Shown here piece after piece: positions 47,188 through 58,297 of a stretch of 64,000 bases of DNA. The first letter of the stretch is position 1, and every line of letters begins with the position of its first letter. Source of the stretch: Opitutales bacterium (GTDB lineage Bacteria; Verrucomicrobiota; Verrucomicrobiia; Opitutales; UBA2987); contig CBDDEL010000010.1 of NCBI GenBank assembly GCA_965226885.1, forward strand, positions 288,001-352,000, in the 5' to 3' direction. Made by a program: the position numbers and the translations under genes. The notes under the pieces are model-generated. The model ran no database searches. It was not told the DNA's origin and worked only from the letters and a program-made list of their open reading frames with translations.

Positions 47188-48337
47188 GCCGGATTTTCGC
47201 TTTCCTCTTGCCAGGCTTAATTGCCCTTGCCATTCCGTCAGCGAAGGCGGCCAATGATAACGGTTTTACGCTTTCCGGACGGGTCTTGCATCCGCCGGAA
47301 GATGGCGGGCGGATTGTTCTCAAGCGCAATCAGGTCCTTGACCGCAGGATGATAACCCTGCAAACCTTCGAACTGGATGAGGACGGTTTTTTCGAGGTTC
47401 AATTCGATGGCCAACCCGGTATTTTCGAACTTGATTTATTTGGGTTAAGAAAAGTTCCCCTGGCCCTCGATGGTGGGCAGTCCGTGCAAATCGAACTGTC
47501 TTTGGACAACTCGCAATTGGAGCCCACTGTAACCGGTTCGGCTGACACCGAGCTGCTTCTGGCCTACGAGAAATTTCGCCGGGAATCCTTCCAGCGCCAG
47601 GTCATACCGGCCCGCAGAGAAATGAGAATCCTGCGCCAGTCGGCGGAGCCCGATGAGAAACTTCTGGCCGAGCTGACGGCCAAAGAAATTGAAAGTTACG
47701 ATCTTCACCAAGATGAATTGCTGGAGTTCACCCATAAAATAAAAACATGGGGCATTCAATAGCCGTTTATGCCGCCGCCCTGAGATGGGACGCGGAGTTG
47801 GACCTCAAGGTCATGGAAGAGATCGGGGAAAAATTTCAAACAGCGCATCCGCACCTGGAAATTACCAGCAAACTGAATGAGGCCGTGCAAGGTTTTCAAA
47901 GGGTAGCCATCGGGGCCAGGGCAGCGGAAATCCAATTGCCCGATGCGAGCGGCCAAGCTCACCGTTTGTCCGCATTGAGGGGAAAACTCGTATTGCTCGA
48001 TTTTTGGGCCTCGTGGTGTCCTCCCTGCCGAGTGGAAAATCCCAAATATGCGAAATTATACTATAAATACCGGGACCGGGGATTAGCTATTTACAGTGTT
48101 TCATTGGATGAAAATAGGGGGCAATGGCTCAGGGCCGCCGAAAGGGACGGGATTGCCTGGACCAATGTTTCCGATCTGGCCGGGTACCGTTCACCCACCG
48201 CCAGGGACTACAGCATAAGCGCCCTGCCAATAAATTTTCTCCTTGATGGCGAGAGCCGTATAATCGCCAAAAACATCAGGGGCGAAGCGCTCAGGGAAAA
48301 AATCGCCGCATTGCTGCCCGATGAATCCAGACATTGA
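47184..48337 (+). pseudogene. TlpA/AhpC-TSA disulfide reductase with N-terminal extension, frameshifted by a 5-bp duplication
   Basis: LDFWASWCPPCR. Removing one ATAAA (47734-47743) fuses the two ORFs (FTHKNMGHS). Confidence 0.85.
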
Positions 48338-48363
48338 TTAAAACTTTTTATAAAAACAAAACT

Positions 48364-48990
48364 ATGAATGACAGGGATGAGATTTTTACCCGGATTGGCA
48401 AAGCGCTGGAACCACTGAAAGAAAAAACCCCGTATCCCGATTGGGAGGATGCCCTGGTGGTCTCCCGCGGGCTGGAAGAATTTTCGTCGCTATGGGAAAT
48501 GTTTTGCCATAAGATGAAGGAAGTTAATGGCATACCGCTGGAGGGAATCGAAGCATTGGGCGCCTTTCTCAAAGAAAAGGGCCAAACGTTGGGCTACTGC
48601 GATCCCGTAATCGCCCTGGAATTGGAAAAATTGCCCGCATTTGAAGGCATCGAATTGGCCACCGCCTACGACCGCGAGCGAATCGACGATTATCAGTTCG
48701 GCATCACGCGTGCGGCCGGCGCCATCGCCGAAACTGGCACCATCATCCTCAAGGACAAATCCACCTCGGCCCGGCTGGGCGCCCTCAGCCCCTGGACTCA
48801 TGCCGCCATTTTGGACCCGAAAAACTTATGGCGGGATGTGCCCGCAGCCCTCCAACGGGCGCTGGATGACGACCCCTCCGTCATTCTCGTTACGGGCCCT
48901 TCCAAGACCGCCGACATCGAAGGGGTACTCATCGAAGGGGTGCATGGTCCGGGAGTGCAAATTTGCTGCCTGCATTCCTCCAATGGCTAA
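48364..48990 (+). CDS. LutC/YkgG-family (LUD domain) protein
   Basis: AIAETGT, TGPSKTADIE, GVHGP. Confidence 0.88.
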   Translation: MNDRDEIFTRIGKALEPLKEKTPYPDWEDALVVSRGLEEFSSLWEMFCHKMKEVNGIPLEGIEALGAFLKEKGQTLGYCDPVIALELEKLPAFEGIELATAYDRERIDDYQFGITRAAGAIAETGTIILKDKSTSARLGALSPWTHAAILDPKNLWRDVPAALQRALDDDPSVILVTGPSKTADIEGVLIEGVHGPGVQICCLHSSNG

Positions 48991-49117
48991 ATGACGATTC
49001 TTCCCGATTGTTCTTGGAATCCCTGGTTTTCATGGGATATTAGGAATTCGTTACCTCATTCATGCTTTGAGAAAGTTTTTTTAATCGTTTTCATTTAAGG
49101 AACAGGAGTAAATCGTT

Positions 49118-50005
49118 ATGCAAAAAGTATTTTATGTCATTATCGGCGTGGTTGTCGCGCTGGTATTCTTTGGATCCAGGATCGCCAAGACCGTCCCCGC
49201 CGGATACGTTGGGGTGGCCACTCTCTTTGGCGAGGTCCAGGATAAGGCTTACCCCGAAGGTCTCAATTTTCCGGTCAATCCATTGTATAAATGGACCAAT
49301 TTCGATGTGCGTGAGCAGACTCTTGAGGAGACTGCCAATGTGCCCACACAGGATCAATTGCAGACCCGGATCGACGTCAGTGTGCAATTTCGCCTCAATG
49401 GTGAGATGGCGCCAACGATCCGCCAAGACTCCGGCATCTTCACCAGAGCCGTGCAGGTCCACCTGATTCCCAAACTGCGCTCCCTTCTGAGGGAACAAGG
49501 CAAAACCATCAAAAGGGCGGAAGATTTCTTCCTGGAAGAAACCCAGGCCAATCTGCAGGCCTCGCTGGAGGAGGGGATGCGAGAGTTTTTAGCCCCCAAA
49601 GGCATCCAGATTCAGGCGGTGCTTTTACGGGATATTACTTTGCCGCCATTCATCACCAGGGCCATTGAGTCGAAAAAGGAACGGGAGCAGGAAGTGGAAA
49701 AACAAAAGGCCGAACTGGAGCGTTTTCGCACCGAGCAGCAGCAAGTGATCGCAACCGCCTCAGCCGAGCGGAAAGCCGCCGAAGAAGATGCGGCCAAACG
49801 CAGGGTTCTGGCCGACGCCCAAGCCTACGAGATTGAAAAGATCAACGAAGCCATATCCACCAATCCGGCCTACCTGCAATTACAGGCCCTGGAAGCGCTT
49901 AAATCGATCAGCAAAGACCCCGCGACTAAAATTTACTTTCTCGACGGCGACAGCCCAGCCCCCCTGCCCCTCATGCACATGGGTGATTTGCTTAAAGAAA
50001 ACTGA
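49118..50005 (+). CDS. SPFH/prohibitin-family membrane protein
   Basis: N-terminal TM, VPAGYVGV, LLRDITLP, coiled coil. Confidence 0.88.
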   Translation: MQKVFYVIIGVVVALVFFGSRIAKTVPAGYVGVATLFGEVQDKAYPEGLNFPVNPLYKWTNFDVREQTLEETANVPTQDQLQTRIDVSVQFRLNGEMAPTIRQDSGIFTRAVQVHLIPKLRSLLREQGKTIKRAEDFFLEETQANLQASLEEGMREFLAPKGIQIQAVLLRDITLPPFITRAIESKKEREQEVEKQKAELERFRTEQQQVIATASAERKAAEEDAAKRRVLADAQAYEIEKINEAISTNPAYLQLQALEALKSISKDPATKIYFLDGDSPAPLPLMHMGDLLKEN

Positions 50006-50098
50006 ACGGAGCCACCCGGAGAAATGGCCCTGAATCCAGGGTTGAATCCTCGTTTTCCTCTCTATTATTTTGAAAGCGCTTAATGGACGAAGAGGACG

Positions 50099-53000
50099 AT
50101 GGAGATTTCCAGCTTGAGTTCGCGCCAATCGTCTCCGCCCGAAATATCGAAGCTGTCTCGGTCGCCTTGGATGCCGGCCCTTTTTTTTCTCTTTGCCCTC
50201 GTTGTGTTGGGGGGAGGAACAACCCTTTGGACTCAGGGCATCGCCTTGCTGGGCATAGGACTTTTCGTCATTTACGCGCCGCGCCGCCAGGGTCCGGGCA
50301 AGCTGGCGGACGCCGCCGTGCTAGGCTTTTTAGGAATCATCCTGGCAGGTTTTTTGCCGGTCCCGGCATCGCTCAGGGACTCCTGGTGGATTGAAGCGGT
50401 TCAAGAACTGGGCATCCATTTGCCTGCCACGGCATCCTTTCAGCCCTGGCTTTCCGCGGAGGCGCTGGTGCCGTTTCTCGGTGGTGTGGCCTGGCTTTAT
50501 GCGGCCATCTCCTGGAAAACGGGGCATGAAATGCGCGCCAAGCTGCTATGGGCCTTTGCCTTCTCCGTCACTGTGCTGGCGATCGGCGTTATAGTTGGAA
50601 CTTTATTACAGCTACAATATCCTTTTGCCACCGAGGTGCAAAGTTTCAGCTATTTCCCCAACCGCAATCAAACGAGCAATTTATTGGCTCTGGGCGGCAT
50701 TGTCTCATTCGGGGTGGCCATGCGTTTCCTGCGACGGCGTCCACTTTATACCTTGGCCGGCTTGGCCTGTGTGGGAATCATATTTTTCGCCCTTATTTAC
50801 AGTCTTTCCCGGGCCGGCCTGTTTTTATTTGTCATAGGATGCCTGGTGTGGGTTGCTTTGTCCGTTCGTCCCACCAATACGGCCCGTGTTGCCATTTTGT
50901 CCGTCTCCGGGGTCGTCGTTCTGTTCAGCCTGCTGGTATTCTTCGGGGGTTCCACCATTGACCGGAGCAACCGGTTTATTACCGGCCTGCGGGGAGACAC
51001 GTCCGATTTCCGGATGCTCATATACAAAGATTCCTGGAACATGATTACCGATTTGCCCTGGACCGGCGCCGGTATGTCGAATTTTTCGGTAGTTTTTCCG
51101 CAATACCGTGAGGCCTCGGCCAATCATAATAGCATTCTTCATCCGGAGAGCGATTGGCTGTGGCTATGGGCAGAGCTTGGCCTGCCCGGGATAATATGCG
51201 CCTTGGTGCTGCTTTTCGCCCTGCTGCGTGGCCTGCATCTTGCGCGAAAATACCGCAGAAGTTCCAATGCCCTGGCCGCGGTGGCCGCACTACTCATATT
51301 TATCCTGCATTCCATGATCGATGTGGCCGGGCATCGCATGGGCACATTCATGGCTGCTGCCTGGCTTTACGGCATTGCCCGGCGCACCTCTTCTTCCTCC
51401 AAATCTCCTTCTCAGAAACCGCTCTGGTTATCCCCTCGAAGATGGCGCCTGGCCGGAGCCCTCATCGTGGCCTCTGGAATTGCCTCCATTGCCGCGGCGG
51501 CATTTTCCCTGCCCTGGCGCATTCCAGCGTTATCCTCAAACGCAGCGAGGCCATGCTGAGTCCTGCTTCCGAGACGCAACCGCAAGACCTTGAGCATGTC
51601 CGCCAAACTGTCGATCTTGCGGTGCGCAGGTATCCTCTGGACTGGAGGGCTTATTTCAACCGGGCGCAGGTCGGGCTTTATCGACTGCAAGACCCGCAAC
51701 AGGCGCTCGATGATTTTCGCCGGGCCCGGTTTCTCGAACCCATTGCCGCACAACTGCCGTATTACGAGGGCCTGGCCTGGCTGCCCTTTCAACCGGTGCT
51801 GGCGGTTTCCGCCTGGAGGGAGGCTTTGGCCCGGCAAACCGATGACCGGGCGCTCATCATTCGCGGCATTCTGGCCAATGCGAAGTATTCCCCCCGCGTC
51901 ATGTCTCTGGTCTCCGATTTATCCTTCATCGAACCGAATTTACGTTATCAATTTTTGAACCGGTTAAGAGGGGACGAATTTCTTCACCAATTCAATCGCG
52001 ATTTGGCCCGCGAACCGGCACTCGAATCCTTCAGTTTCGGGCAAAAGGATAATCTCCTCAACCGGTGGCTGTCCGCCGAAAAGCTAGCCATTATCAATGA
52101 TTTCCTCATCCGTCATCCCGCTCTGGCGGAAGAACATTGGTTGTTTCAGGCCAATGTTCTGGTGCGGCAAAAACGCTTTCAAGAAGCGCTTTCAATCGTT
52201 TGGAATAAACTTGCCGCTCCTTCCATTCCGGATTTCAGGGATGGAGACAGCATTGACGCCTTGCGAGTGGACTTATACCAAATCTCATTAGGTATGATAA
52301 TAAGTTATTTGGCAGAAGCGTTTGCTTGAATGTGCTGCCAGCCTCCGCCAACTAAAGAGAGGACTTTTTCAGTGTCCTCCCACCAGTCTTTGAGATGGGT
52401 TGCGACGACTTCTTCGAGTCGCTCAATGCTCGGCCACAGTTTGTTGGCCGTTTGATCCTGTATCATATCCCAAAGTCTTTCAATCGGGTTGAGTTCAGGA
52501 CTATACGGCGGCAAATTCACGATATGTATGCCCGGGGGGACGTTGGGGTGCTCCGAGTCGTGCGGATGGAAGCCTGCCCCGTCCCATACAACCACATGTT
52601 CCTCCTCAGGATATTGCTTTTTGATCTGTTGGAGGAAAGCCTCCGTCCACTGTAGATTCGTGCTAGGGGTTTGGATGCATACCATCTCGCCGTTGACCAC
52701 GTCGAGGGCTCCGTAACAGTAGCTCCACTGGTATCTTGTCTGATATTTTTTGTGCGGCCGAAGCCCTCTTTGCGTCCAGCACCGGCGGTACACCGGAAGC
52801 AAACCAAAACGGCTTTCATCGGCAAACCACACCCGAACCCGATTGCCTCGGGTGAGGGAAAGCTCCTGGAGGATCTTAAAAAAGTCTCGCTTGAACGCTT
52901 CCGCTTTTGCCGAGTCCCGTTTCTCATGCACGGGGCGAGGGACTCGAAGCACCCCGGCGCATTTTTTTAGCCATCGCCACACCGTCTTGTAGGCGAAGGA

Positions 53001-53634
53001 GCGCCCGAAATGTCGCTCCAGCTCTTGCCCCGCCTGAACGGCTGTGTTCCAGCGCGCGACCTTCAAACCATTGAGCAAGAAGGCCTCCACCTCTTTGTCG
53101 CAACGGCTTTTGATCCCGCCTTTGTAGGCGCGTGTAAGCACCGCCCCGAGCCCTGCAGCACGATATTTGTCAAACCAACGCTGGATCGTCGCTTTGCCTC
53201 GGCCCACGATGGCTCCAATTTCATCAATGCTGTGGTGCGGCTGGAAGCCCATTTTTAATGCCACCAAACGCTCTTTACGCCAGCCGACAGCCTCTTTGTT
53301 GAGCAATTTCTTGATACGTTCACGGTCTTCATCGGTTCCCATATATCTTCTCATTCCGCCTTTATAGCTGTTTTTTAATCTTTATCAATCCTTTTGCGAT
53401 TTGGTATTACTCGGCTCACCCACAAACATTGCCGTCGCCACCTCGCTCTTGAACAGGCAGGTGGCCGCATCCGATTGGTGCGGTGTCGAAAAAATCTTGA
53501 CCATATTGGAAAGCCAGGACCCCTTTCCTCCATTTGTTCCTTATTGGCGATCCAGAATACAGTTTAATCAGGGCCTCTACGAGCAAAGCTGGCATTCCTT
53601 GCAGGTTTTTTTAAATACGGCTTCATCCCGGTAA
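50099..53634 (+). pseudogene. O-antigen ligase-family (Wzy_C) membrane protein with a TPR-like C-terminus; 2-bp frameshift plus IS630 insertion
   Basis: NRNQ, SLSRAG, HPESDWL. Frame break at TGGCGCATT near 51517. RVDL|LGSP is restored across IS630. Confidence 0.85.
52276..53406 (-). mobile_element. IS630-family element (transposase 52305-53354)
   Basis: TIR TACCAAATC, (T)TA duplication; FADESRFGL, WDGAGFH, LPPYSPELNPIE. Confidence 0.95.
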
Positions 53635-53649
53635 ACCCCTGTCTCCTAC

Positions 53650-55250
53650 CTACCTCCGAACCACCATTGCCCTGTCCAAAAAAGCTTTCGCCTGGGTTCG
53701 GACCCTGGCAATCGAATCCACTCCCGTGACGATTATTTCGAGAGAACGCCGCCCCTTTATTTTTTCTCCCGCAAATGCCGCCCGCAAACGATCCTGGGCC
53801 GTTCGTGCCATGGGTATGACCGCCTCATTCTGATTGTCGTTCCAAACCGCAAAAAGTACGTGCACCTTTTGGCCCCTCGCGCTGAAAGTATAAGATTTCA
53901 GGTTTAGTTGGAGGCCGTCTTTTTCCCACAATAGCGGTTTGTCCGTGGCCGATAGCTGAAAACCGGCTGCCGGCAGACAGACCTCCGGCTTGTGGACATC
54001 GGCAAAGGAGGAAATTTTTCCCTCCTCCCAGACGAAAAAATAGGCGTTCCATTTTTCACTTTTGCGAGGACGCCAACTGGCCTGCGTCCCTTCAGAATAT
54101 CGCAGAATGGAGCGTATCTGAGATGGTATTTTTTCAAACTCCACTGTGGAGCCGACCTGCGACCATTCGATCGATGCAATCAATGGATCGGCTGTTTCCT
54201 GGGAATCTCCCCGCTGGAACCACCAGGCGGATACGGGGTAACTGAGCAGGCAGATAATGACCAATATTACCGCTTCCCTCCGGCCCAGCCAGTTGAGGGG
54301 GGATTCGCCCATGGGGCGGCTTTGCGGCCCTTCCGCCGCACCCTTTCGGCGCAAATTATTAATGACCAGGGTCAGGCCCAGGATGATGAGAAAGGCGCCG
54401 AAAGAGACCAGGTAGCCCACCGGATCGTGCCAGTTTTGCATAACATCTCCGCCATCTTTATAAGTGATATAAGTTAGCAAAAACGTCCTCCCCAATAAGT
54501 TAGCAAAACCGTCCTCCCCACATTGAGGATGACGGAGACTATCGAACCGAATACAATCAAAACGAGGCGCAGCCACAACCGGTAGCGAAATAATTCGCCC
54601 AGAAAATAGGCTGCCATAATGGTGGACTGAAAAGACCTCACTCCGCTACAGGCTTCCTCCACCCCGACCCACCCATTGGCTAGTTGGATCAAATTACCTT
54701 CCCGCACCGCGTAAAATCCCAGCAAATTCATGAAATCAACCGTTATGGCGGCCACCATGCGCATGAGTCCCTGAGTCAGGTTTTGCTCGAATTGCATGGG
54801 CCAGGGAACCGCGAAAAGGAATATGGCCAGCGCCGGAGCGAACCATCTGCCCCACGATTTGCCACCCAAAATTACCAGGAAAGCCCATGACACCGCATAA
54901 ATCAGAAGAGCCTGAGCCCAGTAAACCATGCGCCAGTCGGGATTGGATTCCCAGATGATTTTCAGGGGAAAAAGGAGGAGGGCGGCAGCCCAGAGCAATC
55001 CCTTAACGGGAAATTTCGAAGCATTGCCGCTTTCAATTCGAGGCCTGTTCAACCACCTCAGGTAAAGAAGATACAGGGTGATAAATGGAACCAGATAACC
55101 GAAACGGTACTGCTCGTTGATCGACCATTCAAGGCTCAAAACCCGTATCAGGTCGCCCCAGAAAATAGCCAGCAGGAGAAGATTTACGGCTGCCAGCCCC
55201 GACCAGTTCAACTTCGTCCTGATCCTAGTCCTCCTCTTTCGCTTTTTCAT
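53650..55250 (-). pseudogene. Exosortase with an EpsI-like C-terminal domain, frameshifted by a 26-bp duplication
   Basis: EEACSGVRS (Cys), NVGR (Arg), WHD (His), HKPEVCLPAAG. Confidence 0.88.
54469..54520. repeat. Tandem duplication, 26 bp x2, one mismatch
   Basis: ATAAGTTAGCAAAA[A/C]CGTCCTCCCCA twice. Confidence 0.95.
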
Positions 55251-55289
55251 TGAGATCGGCTTGAAATACGCGCCGGACGGCCATCGGTA

Positions 55290-57269
55290 TTAGAAGCTAT
55301 TGGCCGCCTCGACAATGCTTTCGGGTTTCATGCCCATTTCTTTTAAAACGGTAGCCCCTGGAGCGCTCAGGCCGAACCGGTCGATGCCGATTACCTTCCC
55401 CTCCATGCCCACATAGCGATACCATAGGCCCGTCACCCCAGCTTCGATGGCGATTCGTCTTCGGCAGCCTGAGGGAAGCACGCTCTCCCGGTATTCGGCG
55501 GACTGCCGGTCGAAACGCTCAAAAGAGGGCATTGAGACGACCCTGGCGCCATTACCCAACTCATTGGCGGCCGTCATGGCATGCTGCAATTCACTTCCGG
55601 TCGCCAATATGATTAGGTCCAATTCTCCCCTTTCCCGTCTCGCAATATAGGCTCCACGAAGAACCCCGGCCCTGCGGTCGGAAACCGGAATCTCGCTCAA
55701 ATTGGGGACGTTTTGGCGCGACAGAATGATAGCGGTCGGCCCATCCGTTTTTTCCAATGCGCCCACGAAGGCGCCCGCTGTTTCCTCTGGATCGCCTGGG
55801 CGGATAACATCAAGATTAGGCACACAGCGCAAGGAACTGACCATCTCCACCGGCTGGTGGGTCGGGCCATCCTCGCCCACCGCTACCGAATCGTGCGTAA
55901 AAATATAATTGACCGGCAACTTCGACAAAGCCGCCAGGCGGATGGAGGGGCGCATATAATCTGAAAATGCCAAAAAAGTGGCTCCAGACACCCGAAAGAC
56001 GCCGTAATAGGCCATTCCGTTGAGCATGGCGGCCATGGCGTGTTCGCGAATTCCAAACCAGATATTGCGGCCCGCATGATTTTCCCGGGAAAAATCCCCG
56101 CCCTCGGGCAGGTAGTTTCTGGTTGAACCGTAGAGATCGGCGCTGCCGCTTACAATCAACGGAAGAGCTTCGGCCAGGCATTGCAATACGGTTCCACCGG
56201 AGGCGCGGGTGGCCGCAGAATCCTCCGGCCCAAATTCCGGAATTTTATCGAGCAAACCCTCCGGCGTTTTCCCGCTCAGCGCATTTTCCAGCAAGGCGGC
56301 TTTGTCCGGGTTGGCGGATTCCCAGGCCGAAAAAACTTCCAGCCATTGGGCGTGTTGTTTGGCCAAGTCATTTTTGTGCTCGGCGAAATACGCCCTCACC
56401 TCATCCGATACATAAAACTTTTCTTCGGGCAGACCGAGGCCCCGCCTTGCCGAATCGGCAAACTTGGCCCCGCCTTCCCCGTGGGCCTTGTTGGTTCCGG
56501 CCACTTCGGGAATGCCCCGCCCGATTTCGGTTTTAGCAATGATGAACTTCGGGCGGCCATTGTCGGCGTTTTTGGCCGTTTCGAGGGCTCTCAGAAAGGC
56601 TTCCATGTCGTGCCCGTCCACGGTGGAAACATCGAAGCCATAGGCCTCGTAGCGCTTGGCCGTATCCTCGCTTTGGGTCACGTCCGCCATAGCGTCTAAA
56701 GTTACATCGTTGGAATCGAAGAGGAGGATGAGGTTGTCCAGGCCATTGTGACCGGCGAAGGAAGCGGCTTCGGCCGAAATGCCTTCCTGCAGGCAGCCGT
56801 CCCCGGCCAGACAAATGATGTGGTGGTTGAAAATTTTGTGCTCCGGGGTATTGAACATGCGCTCCGCCATTTTTGCCGAAACCGCCATACCGACGGCATT
56901 TCCCACCCCTTGCCCAAGAGGACCAGTAGTAGATTCAACACCGGGCGTCTCGCCAAATTCGGGATGTCCCGGCGTTTTGCTGTGCAACTGCCGAAAAATG
57001 CGAATTTCCTCCATAGGCAGATCGTAACCGCTCAGGTGAAGCCAGGCATAGAGAAACATGCTGCCGTGCCCGGCCGAGAGGACAAAACGATCCCGGTCCA
57101 GCCAATGCGGGTCCGCCGGATTCATTTTCAAAGCCTGCCCAAAGAGCACAGCGCCCATCTCGGCTGCGCCAAGAGGTAGTCCCAGATGGCCGATGCCCGC
57201 CGCATGAACGGCGTCGATGGCCATACCCCGCGCCTCGGTGGCCGCTTTTTGAAGATTTTCAGTATCCAT
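55290..57269 (-). CDS. tkt: Transketolase
   Basis: [35 protein letters not shown]. Confidence 0.98.
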   Translation of the reverse strand: MDTENLQKAATEARGMAIDAVHAAGIGHLGLPLGAAEMGAVLFGQALKMNPADPHWLDRDRFVLSAGHGSMFLYAWLHLSGYDLPMEEIRIFRQLHSKTPGHPEFGETPGVESTTGPLGQGVGNAVGMAVSAKMAERMFNTPEHKIFNHHIICLAGDGCLQEGISAEAASFAGHNGLDNLILLFDSNDVTLDAMADVTQSEDTAKRYEAYGFDVSTVDGHDMEAFLRALETAKNADNGRPKFIIAKTEIGRGIPEVAGTNKAHGEGGAKFADSARRGLGLPEEKFYVSDEVRAYFAEHKNDLAKQHAQWLEVFSAWESANPDKAALLENALSGKTPEGLLDKIPEFGPEDSAATRASGGTVLQCLAEALPLIVSGSADLYGSTRNYLPEGGDFSRENHAGRNIWFGIREHAMAAMLNGMAYYGVFRVSGATFLAFSDYMRPSIRLAALSKLPVNYIFTHDSVAVGEDGPTHQPVEMVSSLRCVPNLDVIRPGDPEETAGAFVGALEKTDGPTAIILSRQNVPNLSEIPVSDRRAGVLRGAYIARRERGELDLIILATGSELQHAMTAANELGNGARVVSMPSFERFDRQSAEYRESVLPSGCRRRIAIEAGVTGLWYRYVGMEGKVIGIDRFGLSAPGATVLKEMGMKPESIVEAANSF

Positions 57270-57377
57270 AAAAATAATTTCTAAGCTGGTTATTGGTTAA
57301 AAAAGAAGCCATCTAGGCTAAAACTCCTCTTTGAGCAAGGCAATCGAGAAAAAGGTGCGTTCGCCAATACATGTAAC

Positions 57378-57713
57378 TTAAATGTTATTTCTATTATAAA
57401 TTTGGTATTTCAGGCCTTGGTCAATCGCAGCCGTCGGGAGATTCTCGATCTTGACGTGACCGCCAAAAACACAACCATTTCCAGTGAGAGCCTTTCCGCA
57501 GAAATTACCGGAAAAATATTTGAAGCAAAAATGATTCACCCCAGAACAGATCATAACGATACTGCGCAAAGTAGACTCAGGCCAAGGCATTAATGTTGCT
57601 CGCTCACCCAATACATTTGCCAGACTCTGGCCAACTTGCAACAAAGCAGCTACGGGCTGTACTGCTCCCTTTTCTGCGGCCTTAAATATACCGGAATTAA
57701 TCCGATTGTTCAA
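57378..57713 (-). pseudogene. Possible decayed ankyrin-like gene remnant
   Basis: IFKAAEKGAVQPVAALLQVG resembles one ankyrin repeat; the rest is unrecognisable. Confidence 0.25.
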
Positions 57714-57745
57714 GATTGAAAGGTTTCCCGATTGAAAGGTTTCCC
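57714..57745. repeat. Perfect tandem duplication, 16 bp x2
   Basis: GATTGAAAGGTTTCCC twice. Confidence 0.92.
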
Positions 57746-57807
57746 AATAGAAATGTTGCTGGGAAAACTTGCCAGATTGACAGGCATCCCTACTATAGTT
57801 AGCCGTT

Positions 57808-58218
57808 ATGAGTCATGAAGAACTGGAGGAAGGATCGAATCTGCAACTCGATTTTACGAAATTGGCCAAGGCCACGGCCTGCGGGGAAGACCTCGTGCCC
57901 GCCGTGGCTCAGGATGCCGATACAGGGGAAGTGCTTATTGTTGGTTACGCCAACCGTCTGGCCCTGGAAACGTCTTTAAAAGAGGGTAAGGCCACCTTTT
58001 GGAGCACTTCGCGCAATGAGCTATGGATCAAAGGCGCCACCAGCGGCGATTATCTGGAAATCGAGCAAGTGCTGGTCAACTGCGAGCAAAACGCGATTCT
58101 CTACCGCGTGCGCCCGGCCGGAGAAGGCGCCTGCCACACCAAAGGACCCGATGGGCGAGCCCGCAAGAGCTGCTATTATCGCAAAATCCAGCCCGATGGG
58201 AAGCTGGAGCATCTTTGA
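57808..58218 (+). CDS. hisI: Phosphoribosyl-AMP cyclohydrolase
   Basis: FWSTSRNELWIKGATSG, NCEQNAIL, GACHT, SCYYR. Confidence 0.93.
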   Translation: MSHEELEEGSNLQLDFTKLAKATACGEDLVPAVAQDADTGEVLIVGYANRLALETSLKEGKATFWSTSRNELWIKGATSGDYLEIEQVLVNCEQNAILYRVRPAGEGACHTKGPDGRARKSCYYRKIQPDGKLEHL

Positions 58219-58297
58219 TAGGGAGCTATTGGTGCGGAAAAAAGTATTTATCCAACTTTCCCTGATTGCGAAGACGCACAATAGCTTGCTAGCTAAA

